Source: Octopus vulgaris
Lineage: Eukaryota
Length of the DNA: 64,000 nt
Direction of reading: 5' to 3'
Assembly (NCBI GenBank): GCA_951406725.2
Contig: OX597815.1
Coordinates: 148,614,001-148,678,000, forward strand
Part shown: piece after piece, positions 12,290 to 26,639 of the stretch
How positions within the stretch are numbered: position 1 is the first letter of the stretch
How the letters are laid out: the number at the start of each line of letters is the position of its first letter
The notes under the pieces: generated by a model
Told to the model about the DNA's origin: nothing
What the model saw: the letters and a program-made list of their open reading frames with translations, nothing else
Database searches by the model: none
Program-made: the position numbers and the translations under genes

Positions 12290-12395
12290 ACACATGTCTG
12301 ATGACGAAATGATCGCAGAGCAATGCGAAATGAAATCCTTTGCTCAAGAACTTAACTCAACGCCCGATCTGGGAATTGAACCTACGATCATGCAA
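12290..12395 (-). mobile_element. SINE family B fragment
   Basis: GAGCAATGCGAAATGAAATCCTTTGCTCAAGAAC...GGGAATTGAACC matches 122-180. Confidence 0.65.
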
Positions 12396-13572
12396 TATAC
12401 TCTCCTTCATTTACTACAATGCTCTTCCGTCTATCTGGTAGATTTTCAACGCCCCCTCTTCCAAAATTCACTTGTCCATGACAACTAGTTTTCCAATACT
12501 GTTCTGATCCCTCTACAGAATTCATATTTTTCCGTCCAAATGATTTTGAAGACAGCAAAATAAAGGATAATCAAATGGGGCAATATGGTGGCCGGGGCAT
12601 CGTTTCCCATTCAAAGTACTCCAGCGTTTGGAACATTATTCCCCTGTATGTGGCCGAGCACTATTTTTGGTGGAAGAACAGCTTTCGTCTTGAAATCAAA
12701 AATCGTCGTTTTTCTTCTGGTACTGACTTAAGCCGCTCAAGTTGCTCGCAGGAGATTTCCTTCGTTATCGTTTGGTCTGGGTTTAAAAGTTTAAAGTGGA
12801 CTAAACCTTTTATATCTCACCAAACAGATAACAACGACTTACGTGGATGAAGACCTTCTTTAACCTTGGTTGCTGGTGTTTCTTTTTTCTCTACCCACTG
12901 TCTTCAGCGCTTGACCTTTTAACAGAGAACCCATTTCTCATCACCAGTTATATTTCGGTCCAAAAAGGTTCATTCGTGAGACGCTACAGCAAAGAAGAAC
13001 ACACGTTCATTAATAGCGCGCGATTAGACTTGAAAAGTCTGTGAGGAAACGCTGACCCAATTTGCTGATTTTTCCGATTGCGTACAGTTGTCGATGACAG
13101 GCTGAATGACCAAATCCAAGCTTCTCTGTTAGTTCCTCAACAGTCTAGATGGGATTTTATTCCATCAGGGGTTGCAGGACGTCCTCGTCGACTTCTACAT
13201 ATCGACAAGGACGAGGCTCGTCTTCTAGGCTGTAGTTTCCAACTCGGAATTTCTGGAACCACCGTTGACATTGGCTTACGCTTATAGTCCGATCCCCATA
13301 TACTGCATTAATATGCCTTGCATTTTCTATGCGTTCTTGCCTTTATTGAAATCATAAAGCAAAGTATTCCGAATATGCTCATTTGTCACTTCCATTATAG
13401 TTTTGAAAACAATAACTATTAAAATCAAACTGCATCCCTCAAAACTTGCACTAAGAATATGTACAAGGTGATATTACTGCCTGCAAGTGGATGCAGGTTG
13501 TTTATCCTGTCCCCCTCCGACTTTTATTCCACGCAATTGAAAACATCGCACTATTTATGGAATGACCCAATA
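12390..13572 (-). mobile_element. Mariner DNA transposon, near-full-length transposase pseudogene with one TIR
   Basis: ATG at 13395: MEVTNEHIRNTLLYDFNKG...VYGDRTISVSQCQRWFQKFRVGNYSLEDEPR...ITGDEKWVL...ARPHT...WETMPRPPY..APFDYPLF..LQNHLDGK...ENLPDRRKSIVVNEGEY. TA+TTGGGTCATTCCATAAATAGTGCG end at 13572. Many stops and frameshifts; the other TIR is not seen. Confidence 0.92.
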
Positions 13573-14170
13573 TATTTCAGTGTTCCATTTTTAACTTTAG
13601 AATAGAGTGGTTTTACGTAGAGTGGTTTTTAAAGAATATATTTCCTCTTTCGAAATTAGAACAGAAAAAATTCTTTCACTAGCATGAGATAATATTATTA
13701 TCCATGAAACATGTCCAAAATGTTAAATACAAATTGATTTAAATACAATTCGATGTGATATGGTTACTTGATTTTCAGATAAATAGAAAATAAATTATTA
13801 ACTTTGAGATAAATGTTGCTGAAAATTAATTATAGTATTAAATATATATTTAATAGTATTTAGTATATCAGACTCTCTGTTGAATTAATAATTAATTTTT
13901 GATACTTAGACTGGATGTTTCATTCATTAAAAAAATATATTTTTATTTAATAATAAGATTTGTTTAATGATAACAGATGTCTATATTTGAAGTGAGAGTT
14001 TTGCAGTCGCATTTTTTTATTTTGTTTGAAAATGATACTTCTCTTAAAAGAGAGTTGAGACGAGCATGTGAAACTTTTATGAATGCTAACGCGAATGTAA
14101 ACCATTTTCTTTGGTTAATCATTTTCTTTAGACGATTTCGATACATTCATAATATCTTATATACTGCAGT

Positions 14171-14527
14171 AGAGGCACTATGGTCCAGTGGTTAGAGCAG
14201 CGGACTCATGATCTTAATCTTAGGATCATGATTTCGATTCCCAGACCAGGTGGTTTGAGTGTTTATTGAGCGAAAACACCGAAAGGATGCACGAGGCTAA
14301 AGCAGGGATTCGTGGTGAACCCTGCTGTACTCTTTCACCACAATTTTCTCTCACTCATTCTTCCTGTTTCATTTGTACCTGTATTTCAAAAATCTAGCTT
14401 TGTCACACTCTTGTCACGCTGAATATCTCCGAGAACTATGTTAAGGGTACACGTTAATTTCACGAGCAGACTGTTCTGTTGATCGCACCAACTGGAATCG
14501 TCCACGTCGTAACAGAGGGAGTGCCAC
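14171..14527 (+). mobile_element. tRNA-derived SINE sharing its 3' module with family B
   Basis: TGGTCCAGTGGTTAGAGC (A box), TTTCGATTCCC (B box). TGTACCTGTATTTCAAA...TTGTCACA...CGCTGAAT...GAGAACTA.GTTA.GGGTAC matches the reverse complement of 15-95. Confidence 0.8.
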
Positions 14528-16116
14528 TATATACTATATCTTGTTTCCATTTGTGTTTCTAAATAAAATTTTTCAGAATAATAATTTTCTCGATTGAATT
14601 TTTAGAATTTGCCAGAGAGTATTTCCATTTATGAAATATGCCAAACAATCACTTTATCATACTTAATTAGCATCGATTTCCTATCTTAATTATATATATT
14701 GGTTTGAAATTACGTATTTTCGTGGATTACGTTTCAAGTTTTGCTACGTATAGTAGCATTTAATAAAAGTAATTAAAAAATAATTAGTACAGCATTTTCA
14801 GTCCGTTGCATAAAGAAATAATCATTCGCTATTTCACCTTTTACATTTGATTTGGTATTATTCGTAATTCGACGGGAGAATAAAATCACGGTATAGGCGG
14901 CATGAACCGATTCCATAATGAACTCTATTTCATTAGACCTCACCAGGTAAAAAGCAGCACATCTCATATACTCTTCGGATATTTTGTTGAATGTACCCGT
15001 AGTTTGTGTTTTCTCGAACACTATTTAACATATATCTGTATACACTTTCACACAAAAAGGAGGTAAGTGTTGATATTCTATGAATTTAAAATACATAGGA
15101 TATTTAACTAACAAGTTAAACTAAGGATATGAAAGCTAAGCAAGTTATCACTGAGATACGTCAAGCAATAACATTCCATATTTGTCTTATGTTTAAAACG
15201 CTCTTTATGCTGCATACATTGACACAAAAATAAATGGTAGCGCATTTAGTATTAAATAGCACTTCCCTCTATATAGTTCTGAGTAATATTGTGAGTCCAG
15301 TAAACGTTAGAGTTTTGTATGAACTGAAAACCAGTTATTCACATACTATTAAATTACCAATCTTAGACGTTGACATATGTGTAATATAAAAGGTTAATAT
15401 CAAATATCTATATTGTTTGCAGTCTAGAAATTCTCTAGAATATGAGTTAAAGTGAATATGCCATATATAAAGCATTAACAATATTGTGTTGAACAATTTA
15501 ACTTACAGAAGCCAAACACCATCCGTCTACTTAAAACCTGTTATTATTTCTCGTTGTCACATGCTTAACAATAGACTCAAATAATAAAACCACAAGAAAA
15601 CCACACGCCTAAAAAATATATGCTTATACATGTTTGTGTGTGTCTGTGTGTGTGTATGTGTGAATATACATAGTTATATGTAGACACACGCATATGTACG
15701 CACGCAAAAAACACACACACTCACATATAAAAATATGATTTTACGAAAAAGTGTTCTCTATTAGTGTTTATTTAAATAAATGTTATATTTAGCGTAAAAA
15801 CTCATTTAACGTTGACGAAATAATAGATAAGGAATTTCAAGTAAATATAAAATGATTTACTAAATAAATATATAATAGAAATGAATATATCGAAATAAAG
15901 ACTGGGCAGATATATTTTTATAAGTATATCATTTTTATGAATAAATTCCGAATAAGAAATATACCAAAAATATATGATCTAAAGGTTATAAGAAGAGAAA
16001 GCCATAGTAAAAGCTAAAGTTATTTTTTTAGAGAACACACAAAAATGGAATTTTCTGGAATACACAAATACTTTTTATATATGTTTACTGTTTGTGTGTA
16101 TATCCAAATAAACGCA

Positions 16117-16184
<68 letters not shown>

Positions 16185-16256
16185 GATATATATAGACATA
16201 TGCTATCATATATGTAATATACATATATATAATATATGTATACATATGCACACACA

Positions 16257-16297
<41 letters not shown>

Positions 16298-16428
16298 CAC
16301 ATACGTACATACATATATATATATATATATATAAACCTTTTTAAATTTATGCAAAATATATATATGTAAACCCTTTTAAATGTATGCATAATGTGTAAGC
16401 GTGTATATACATGTAGATATATACATAA

Positions 16429-16476
<48 letters not shown>

Positions 16477-17329
16477 ACACAAAACTTTAAATATTTATTT
16501 ATACAGAAAAGGGAGAAGTGGCTAGATAGATAGATAAAAGAGACAGATGGATAGATAGATAGACAAATAGGTTAACACATACATAAATACATACATACAC
16601 ACGTATAGTTAAAGAGATAGATCGAGATATAGTGGGTGTAAATCGTTGAAAAGAAAATAATGCACTCAGTATAATGATTAATAAAAACGAAAAAGAAATG
16701 CAAAATTTTTACAATTTGTTATAAAATTTCTTTACCGCAGGCATAAACAGGGGAAGCGATAAGAATGCTGCGTATTCAAAAGAAAGTGGTTTCCTTTATG
16801 TATTTTACCTTATAGTTAGAAAGGTGCTGTATTGTTCATGTAGGCCAATACCTTTTGTATATTTCTTTTCATTTATTTTATCTACATTTCAGGCAACAAG
16901 TAATCATACTTTATGGGGCTGTGCGAAATATTTAATATTTTTGAAACAAAGAATCAAAATCTAATCATATAGCAGATGCTATATGATTTGGAGAGCAATT
17001 TCAAATGTATTCCCAATTTGTTGAAAGTAGACGTTATAGCTTCATAGGCCATTATCCACTATCTTCCATTCCCAGTAAGTATTTCCTTGCTTCGGTTAAA
17101 GCAAGATTGATATATACCACGAGGAATTACCTTGGCGGCTAGAAATAAATGTCGAGTCTTCATTAACACACATGGGCGAATTACATAATGTTTATAAATA
17201 TATTCGGTATATTTTATTTAAAACAGGGACATCCTGTAACAATATGTGAAATTTTAATCGTTCATAGAAAATAGAGAACGTCATTTTGAGACGAAGTATT
17301 TAGTTTGACGTCGTGTACAGAAGGTTTTG

Positions 17330-17520
17330 TCTTGCATGGGTGGTTAGGGCATCGAGCTTGCAATGAAGAGATTGTGGTTTCGATGTCAAGAACGGGCTAC
17401 GTGTGGTTGTCTCAGCAACATAATCTATTCCACGTTGATCCTGTTTGCTCAGCTGCAGAAATTAGATGCGACGTCCCTGCTGCCTAGCTGTTTCTGCCTT
17501 TCCCCTGGACAACATATGAA
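17330..17520 (+). mobile_element. Old SINE family B copy
   Basis: GTGGTTAGGGCATC...GTTTCGAT...CAGCAACATAATCTATTCCACGTTG...CTCAGCTG. Confidence 0.55.
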
Positions 17521-17942
17521 GTGTGGAGAGAAGAGACTGCTATACATGGGCAATTGCTGGTCAACATCCAATACAGAACCCTGAATTAAGAATTCATTCA
17601 ACATAGCATAAAATGATTATATATAACTGTACATGACAGAAGAAATATTAAGGAAATAAATGTATGTCTGCTATTTTCTCTCAGCCTAGCTTTGTAACAA
17701 ATTTCTTATAATGTGCATTATAAATTATGAATGAATGCCAGATACTTTAGAATTATGATGTATTTTGTGCCAATAAAAAAACTCCAAGATTAGACTCTGT
17801 CATTAGTGACATTCGAAATTTTTAACGTGAGAATAAAATATTTATAGATATCAGCATAACATATGGAGATATTGCAACACTTTACATGTCTCTATATTAA
17901 ACTTGCAAACAAAATCCCATACACAGCATTCGTGAAGTAAAA

Positions 17943-18345
<403 letters not shown>

Positions 18346-19436
18346 GATATAGGTATACAGATACATATACATATCAACACATACATATCAAGCCTGAATG
18401 GCTCGTGCATGGAAGCTTGCTTCATATATTTTTTATATACATGAAATATTTTTTCGTAGATATATGCAGATACTGATACACGTATGCATATATATATGCA
18501 TATGTGCCTGTGTACATATGTTTCTGAGAAATGGATTTATTTTTGTCTTAAATTAATTATTCATGGGTTTTCTCACATTTTAATGTATAATATATAATTT
18601 ACTGCCAGTATTGCTCAGCGTTTCCTGGAGTTAAGATAGGATTATTAAATTCATCAAGCGCTTTATTTCAAACAAAATTAAGTAACATCGTCGTCAAATT
18701 TCAGCGAAATCCATTGAAATTGGTAAACGTTTGGCTGAAAACGGGTTGCAGATAATTTGATTGGGAAATCCTATAAGGAATCGCTTTATCGATTTTTCCA
18801 CTCATCGATTGTTTTTCTTTTTTCTGAGAACTTAAAGCATTCAAAGATCCCATGAGTCCTAATTAACGCCGGTGTCAAGTTTGAACAAATTACTATAAAA
18901 TTGGTAACAATTCTGTAGCCGATTTTAGTGGGAAATCCTATAAGAAATCGGTTTATCGTCTTTTCATCCTAATTGAATGGAAAACATCATTAGGAATCTG
19001 TTTATTGATTTTTCACCCCAAATACGATTTTACTGAAAACAACATTCCTGATTCAAAAACAAGTATATTTATATTCTAAAGTTGGTTTTCACACCCAACC
19101 TAGTTCTTCAGAATCAGTGTCACGACGGGAACGCATAGGTTGGGAGTTTGACCGACAGAGGTGATCAGATTGCATATGCCGGCCCTTTAGACCTCTCTTC
19201 CCCCATCATCAACTCTCCCCACCTTGGCCCATGGGTTGGGAATCTTTCCGGCAAGAAAAATAGAACGCCCAAACTTGCTCCCAATCCCCTCTCAGAAATT
19301 GTTATGTTCGGATCACAATTAAGCATTAACCTAAGCCGAAGCTAACATAGCGAAAGCGGGCTCGGGAGCTTCTGAAAGGCAGCGACTAATCCCGATCTAG
19401 TCTTGACCCATCCTCGGGGTACTATCGCTCAAGGAG

Positions 19437-19652
19437 GCATCGATGATATGCATTGGAGATGGTAGCCTCGGAGATCTGCATCGAAGATCTGCATTGGTGA
19501 AGGTTGCATCGAAGATTTGCACTGGATAAGGATGCATCGAATGTTTGCATTAGAAAACAGCAGCGAAGAAGGTTGACTCAAAGATTCGGATTGGATAAGG
19601 TTGCATTAGATATTTACATTGGAGAAGGTTGAGAAAAAGGTTTGCATTTGGG
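19437..19652. repeat. Degenerate minisatellite of about 28 bp (GCATCGAAGATTTGCATTGGAGAAGGTT-like)
   Basis: About 7 diverged units visible, lying inside the Helitron. Confidence 0.75.
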
Positions 19653-19834
19653 ATACGGATTGGAGTATCTTAGGAAAACTTACCAACAGCCTTAACAAAA
19701 ATATAAGTGACCTAATCTATGAGCGACTTGGCTAAGCATTGATATCGCCCGAGTGAGGATTGTTGTCCGAGTGATCATTGTTGTCCAATAAAGAGGAGGA
19801 TAAGTCCATGAGCTAAGTTGCTATGGTTGGAGAA

Positions 19835-20170
19835 TATTCCCTATAGACAACATTGCGTATCCTGTCCTGAGAAATATACACAAAAAGAGCGCTTTACACC
19901 CCACACGGGAGCCGGGCACATAAAGTTGCGTAGGCGATGCCCGCCAAATTGATACTCGCCACCGATAGTGCTTGGTCTTGGGATTTGTTGATGTACTCGG
20001 GGGAAGTTATGCGATATGTCTGACTCCGAGAGATAAAGGTGCATCCTTGAAATGAAAATATTTTCCTCCTGTCCGCATCCCGTAACAATGGTGGCCTCAA
20101 TGAAGTGGAGCGTCAGGAACTTGACTACCAAGCGCGTCCCGTTGCACTGTTTAGATAAAGCGTGCACTCT
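19835..20170 (-). pseudogene. Helitron PIF1-like helicase C-terminal fragment
   Basis: CNGTRLVVKFLTLHFIEATIVTGCGQEENIFISRMHL, then INKSQDQALSVASINL, QLYVPG and RNVVYRE across frameshifts; these are RepHel helicase motifs. Confidence 0.88.
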
Positions 20171-20689
20171 TTATCGTATTCGAATTTTAATGAATGATTG
20201 TGTAACATTTTCTTATCAATAAGATAAATTGTAAGTCTACACACACACACACACACACACATACATACACACTCACACACACAAATACATACTTGGTGTT
20301 ATTGTTGTTGTCATGCGTGTATTCTTTATGCCATTTGAGTTGCTGCTTTGAGTGAAAACGTGCCATATTAGGTTCTGCCACTCAGTGGATGGTAGGTTTT
20401 TGAGTGGGGCAGACTAAAGCTGTGTTTTATTTCTGGTATCAATATATCATCGAAGATTTTGTGGCAGGAGATAAGTTTCAGCGAGGGCTATCCTTCGTTT
20501 TGCGTCACAGAGTTGTCAATGATCAATCAACTGTTAAGGTACAGCGTTCGGTAAATTCAGTAAATTTTATTTGTATTTTGAACTGGATATGTACATTTCG
20601 TTTGATGTCAGCATAAAATAAAAGAAAGAGAAAATGACAGGGACGTGTGTATATGTTGATGACGGGGTGCGAGGTAGAAAGTGTGTATT

Positions 20690-21190
20690 TTACCTCGCAT
20701 CTTTTTTGCGACAGTGATTGACTGAAAGAGCGAGAGAGAAAGAGAGATAGCGTAAAGCCTTTCTCTCGCATTCAAACACACTAAAAACGATGCAAGAAAA
20801 AAAAAATAAATAAAATTTACGCTATATCTCTCTCTCGCTCTCTCTCTCCCTCTCTCTGTCTCACACACACAGTAACACACACTTTCTCTCTTTCATTCCG
20901 ACAACACCCTCCTCTCTCTCTCCCAGTCAATCACTCACACACTCACACAAAAAATGCGAGGATAATAATTTTTTAAATGTACGCTATTACTCTTTCCCTC
21001 ATACACACACACACACGCCCACACACACGCACACACAGCGTACATCTTTTAAATTTATTTCTGCTCGCAGCTTTTTGAGTGGGTGTGTGAGTGATTGACT
21101 TAGAGAGAGAGGTTTGTTTTGTCGGAAAAGGACTGGGAGAGTGAGAGAGAGAGAGAGTGGTAAAGTGTGTGTTGCTGTGTGTTTTTATGT

Positions 21191-21225
<35 letters not shown>

Positions 21226-21480
21226 CGTTAATTTATTTATTCGTTTTTTGTAGCTTCTTTTTTTAGTGTGTTTGACGGGCATTACGCTATCACTCTATCT
21301 CTCTCTCTCTCTCTATCTCTCTATCTCTCTCTCTCTCAGTCAATCACTCATTCAAAAGAAGTGGAAGGAAAAATAAACTTTAAAAATGTACGCTGTCACA
21401 CTCTCTCCCTCACACACACACATCAACACACACCTTCTCTCTCTCTCACACACACACACGTACACACTGACACGTTACTC
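20690..21480. repeat. Alternating-orientation subterminal repeats forming a palindrome of about 460 bp (20790-21250)
   Basis: Unit TTTACGCTAT(CT)n...CAGTCAATCACTCA...AAAATGTACGCT occurs in -,+,-,+ orientation. Confidence 0.75.
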
Positions 21481-22117
21481 TTCGCCATTGCAAGAAGGTG
21501 ACTTAACTCATATTATCAAATTTAAAGATTTCACCCACGTTGAAATTTGGTAAATGTTATGGTTGAAAATCGATTTTTACTGCTATCCGCGGGTGCCTCA
21601 GGAAAAATTAGTTGACAAAATGACAGCCATGTTCGTAAGCTTTGTCCTCCTAAAATTGAAGTCACATGTATGCTAATTTCTTGGACGTGAATAATTTACA
21701 TTCACGTACACACACACACACACCCTGCCTTTTATAGATATAGAGAGCAACTGCTATTAAAATAACGCTCACGAAGATATGTGGGTGTTTAAATACCATT
21801 GCTCCAAGTATTTCATATATTCATATCACGGGAACATATATATACAGTATTAAATTAGTCAGATCCAAAATGTGCAACAGTTTGTCACTCTGTAGCTTGA
21901 TCATTACTTGATCTTGTGAACAACTGATAGTAAACAAATAGTAGAGAAAGAACACAGACAGTTTTTGGAATTTTGTAATACCTTAAAGTTACATAGCTTC
22001 CTCTTTTGTGATGCTCTCCAAACATATGTAGTGCATAATTGCTAACTACATTCACTTCATCCACAGATATTTAAATACGTATATATACGTAAACATGTAT
22101 GCATCTCTCTCTCTCGT

Positions 22118-22249
<132 letters not shown>

Positions 22250-22366
22250 TGTGTTTTAGTTAAATAGATAGATTCACACATGTGCATCTCTGTGTGTGTG
22301 ATTGTGTGTGATTGTGTGCGGGTGAATGTGTATGTAAATTTGTTACGCTTTTGTAAATGTATATGC

Positions 22367-22507
<141 letters not shown>

Positions 22508-23339
22508 CCACACAATAAATTGTATATATAGTTATACCTGTAATTAGATAATTGTCGTTAACTTCTATTTTGCTTACCTTTGTTATAATCAGATTGTTGC
22601 CATCCACCTCTAATTTTGAACGTCAGGTACTAAAATATTTGCAATAATTTCGTCATTGAAATCGTTGACCTGACAATCGTAGCCAAGTTTATAAACAACT
22701 TAAATCAGAATAGGGATTTCAAAAATTTATTACATTCTAAAATTCGAACGAAGCTTCTGAATGTGAGTGACATGTTATTGGGTACGATAAATGTGAAATT
22801 TTGTGTTAACCACTTCAATTTTATTTATTTCGAATAATTGACCTCTCCCGTCAAAATATATGTATCTAAACAACTGTATTACAGCAAATTATATTGCATA
22901 TAAATTTAAATTCTTGGTTGCAAAATCGGTTGTGTTCTATGAAAGATATTGCAAGACAAATTTAGTAGGAAAGAAAAGAAGAGCAGGCCCAGAATAAGTT
23001 TCCAATATTATATTTGCAGCTTTCTGACATGTGCGATTTTCTCTGAAATTATTTTGTTGGGCAAAAAACTAAAGAAATAAAAATAAAATAAATGACACTT
23101 ATAGTTACCCGATGAATAAAATTGTTTTGAATACTATTGTCGTTGACGGTTGTCTACATATCAAACACTAAAATATTGAATTATGTATTCGCTAATGCAA
23201 AAATGTGTTGTTTGTCATTAGTTCCGAGACGTTAGCCCTTTTTACTAGGTAAGAAGGAAAGGGCTTGTTTCCCGGTTTGCTGTTTTCTCTAGCCTATATA
23301 TTACCCCAGGGCGTTCTACAGTTACTGATTTTTATCAGT

Positions 23340-23468
23340 TAACCGTACTGCTGTTACGTGAAATGATGCATTTTGCTCAAGAACATTACGCATCATCTGG
23401 TCCAGAATTCGAAGCCACAAATTTCGGATCGTAAGTTCAACTCCATGAACCACTAAGCCATGCGCTTC
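23340..23468 (-). mobile_element. SINE family B copy
   Basis: CGTGAAATGATGCATTTTGCTCAAGAACA...AATTCGAAGCCAC...AACCACTAAGCCATGCGC. Confidence 0.75.
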
Positions 23469-24127
23469 TATATAGTCACCATAGTTCTTCCGTAATACTC
23501 GAATCTTACGTATGTTTCCTCTATGATTACCTTTGCAATTAGGAGACTAGGTCTGTTTGAAAGAGAAAAATAATGCGGTGAGAAAATACAATGAATATAA
23601 TTTAATTCGAGTTAAGAGATGACCCTATTAAATAGTTCTACTTGATGGCAGACATTGGAACATAATACACATAGCAATCTTTCTGTTAATATTTTGGTAA
23701 ATTCAGTGGTAATTGTTAAGTATTATTATTTTTTGACTCAGTGTACAATATATATGAAATGTCATGCATAAGCACAGACACAAACCGAGGCAGACAAACA
23801 CACAAACACACGAACATGCCTATGTAGGCATTGATGCCGCAAATAGCTAACGGATATCAAACTTGTCTCAGCTGGAGTGCTTCAGCTATGCTGTGGCACC
23901 ACTATTGGTATATATATATATATATATGCATGCTACTGTATGCATGTATGCATATATGTATGTATATATATATGTCAGTATGTAAGTTTTTTTTATTTCT
24001 ACAGGAATATTATTTCTATAGGCATTATTTCTGTAGGCATAGAAATAACAACCTGAAAATAGGACACAATAAGCCACAAACGACTGACTTAATTTCATTT
24101 TTATACACTTATACTTTTTTAGTAGTT

Positions 24128-24197
<70 letters not shown>

Positions 24198-24554
24198 AAG
24201 ATCCAGATAGATTAATTTAATCGTTGAACTTAGTAACATAGTTTGTTTATCAATATTTGTTGGAGCTTGAATTATTTTGAGTTTGATCAATGTTATTATT
24301 ATTATTGTTATTGACTGGATTTGTAGTGGACTGGTGATTGTGATTGAAAATCTTCATAGTGTATTGTTCATTGGTTCTAATATTTTTGCACCTTTCTTTA
24401 ATGTTGGGGGCTGAAATGTTTCTTACTTTCCGTTAGCAAATAATTCTCGCCATTATATCATTTTTATATATATTGCTAGATATAAGTTACGATTGATATT
24501 AATTCTTATATCTATTTATTTTGATTTTTTTAAATGTATAAATATATGTATATA

Positions 24555-24628
<74 letters not shown>

Positions 24629-24942
24629 GGATCTAACTTATTACATTTATCTTAATTACGTGGTATATTTATTATGTAGTATTAAATTTTAAGATAATAA
24701 GCTATTATATTAATTGATATTTAGTCAACTATATTATAGATTGATATATAAAATCTATAGATACTACACATGTATATTAATTATATAGTTAGCTTATTTA
24801 ATGAGTTTGTATATATTTAAACCATTTCTTATTTTGATTACAATTAAATGACTTGTACTAGCATTGAGTATATTAATTAATTTTAAAGTATTTAATAATT
24901 TAATTATTGTTTTAGTTTTCACTTCATGTATATTTAGAATTT

Positions 24943-24990
<48 letters not shown>

Positions 24991-25171
24991 TATATTTATT
25001 AATTAATTATTTTAACCTGATGAGTGGTTATTTTCATATCGAGTGATTTTAATACTATAATTAATTTTCATATTTCAATTATATGTAATTTTCTAGATGG
25101 TGTAATATAACTGTTCATTTTGAATTGATAAGGTGTTTTTTTTTCTAATTTTATTTATATATATATATATA

Positions 25172-25230
<59 letters not shown>

Positions 25231-25302
25231 AGTGAAATTTGATTTAGTATTTGTAAATTGAATATTTTCCGTGTAAGTTAGGATTAATGTTCCCTCAAAT
25301 GA

Positions 25303-25371
<69 letters not shown>

Positions 25372-25538
25372 TTTCCTACATAATCTTGCACTTCACATTC
25401 GAAGATCTTATGATTCTATGGGGTGATGCACAAGTATTCATCAATGAAGATACTACATCATCTACAAGAGACAGAAGTAAGATACTGAACTTCACTATAA
25501 GTTATTTATTTCCTGGTCAATTTAGTTTCTGATATGTT

Positions 25539-25570
<32 letters not shown>

Positions 25571-25601
25571 ATTAAAACATGTTGGTGCCTAGTTGTGGCG
25601 C

Positions 25602-25642
<41 letters not shown>

Positions 25643-25786
25643 GATAGGTAGATAGGTAGATAAACGAATCACTCTCCTCAGTCACAATAAAATATGTTTC
25701 AACACACGAATCATAAAGGATCTTGCATGCGAAATACAAAAAAACATGTATACATGCATACACACAAACACACACACACACACACG

Positions 25787-25841
<55 letters not shown>

Positions 25842-26289
25842 ATAAGTACATTTTATAATCAAGGTTTAGCTGCATGTGGATTTAAATGAAATATTATATA
25901 TATAAAAGATACAGAGCTTAAGATCTCTATACCATAAATGGAACTAAACCAAACCACTAAACTATTAAATACAACTAACCTTACCTCAAACAACAATATT
26001 CAATCAATACAAACAGATGAAACCTCTAAAACACCTAGAAATTATTATGGTAGACAAAGAACTATGTATAGTAATAACAAAAAGAAACCCACATCATCCA
26101 AACAGACCGGTTGAAACGGGCTTTACTGCTAGTATATATATATATTTGGTGAATGGTGCGGGTGAGGATGGGTTCACTTTAAGTGAGGGTGAATGAGTGT
26201 ATACTTTTAGGCGCATGCACGTGGGCGCGCAGGCGCGCATGCACGTGGGCGCGCAGGCGCGCATGTGTAGATATGAACTCGTGCGCTCA

Positions 26290-26610
26290 TGCGAATACTA
26301 TGAACCTTTTTACCCCCTTACTATTACGCTCTCCCTTCAATTAGCGGTCATTCAAATAGCTCTTTTGTCTTAATAACGGTCAATCACAGTAATTTCTCTT
26401 TGTATAACGCTCATTTACCATAGTATTTTTCCGATGGCCGGTTAACTGAAGAGATGGCAGCGTGGATTTCCAATCCAGCATCCGAAACTCGGCTTCTGAT
26501 CATGGCTACCGAATAATTGAAACATATTTATATTTCCGGGTAAATTCCTGTATTTACATAATGTCGAGTTCTCTTTCATACTTTTGTTATCTTAACAATT
26601 TTATCAATAC
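26290..26610 (+). mobile_element. Penelope-type 3' end with hammerhead-like core
   Basis: CTGAAGA-GATG...TGGATT/AATCCA...CATC-C-GAAAC at 26446-26498. The terminal AAATTCCTGTATTTACATAATGTCGAG recurs inverted at 47190-47245. Ends in (TA)n. Confidence 0.5.
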
Positions 26611-26639
26611 ATATATATATGTATGTGTGTGTGTGTATA

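Larger units (their letters stand above)
18601..21744 (-). mobile_element. Helitron (internally deleted) with PIF1 helicase remnant; ends tentative
   Basis: 5' TCTATATCTATAAAAGGCAGGG at 21744; degenerate 3' hairpin plus GCAG|T (canonical CTAG|T) near 18602; helicase motifs internally. Confidence 0.6.

Noticed and set aside
12298-12312. CTGATGACGAAA hammerhead-like string
   Set aside because: No room for stem II; lies at the edge of a SINE fragment.
19437-19652. CRISPR-like array
   Set aside because: Diverged tandem units without unique spacers, eukaryotic context and no cas genes.
25017-25080. CTGATGAG hammerhead start
   Set aside because: No matching stem II or GAAA downstream.
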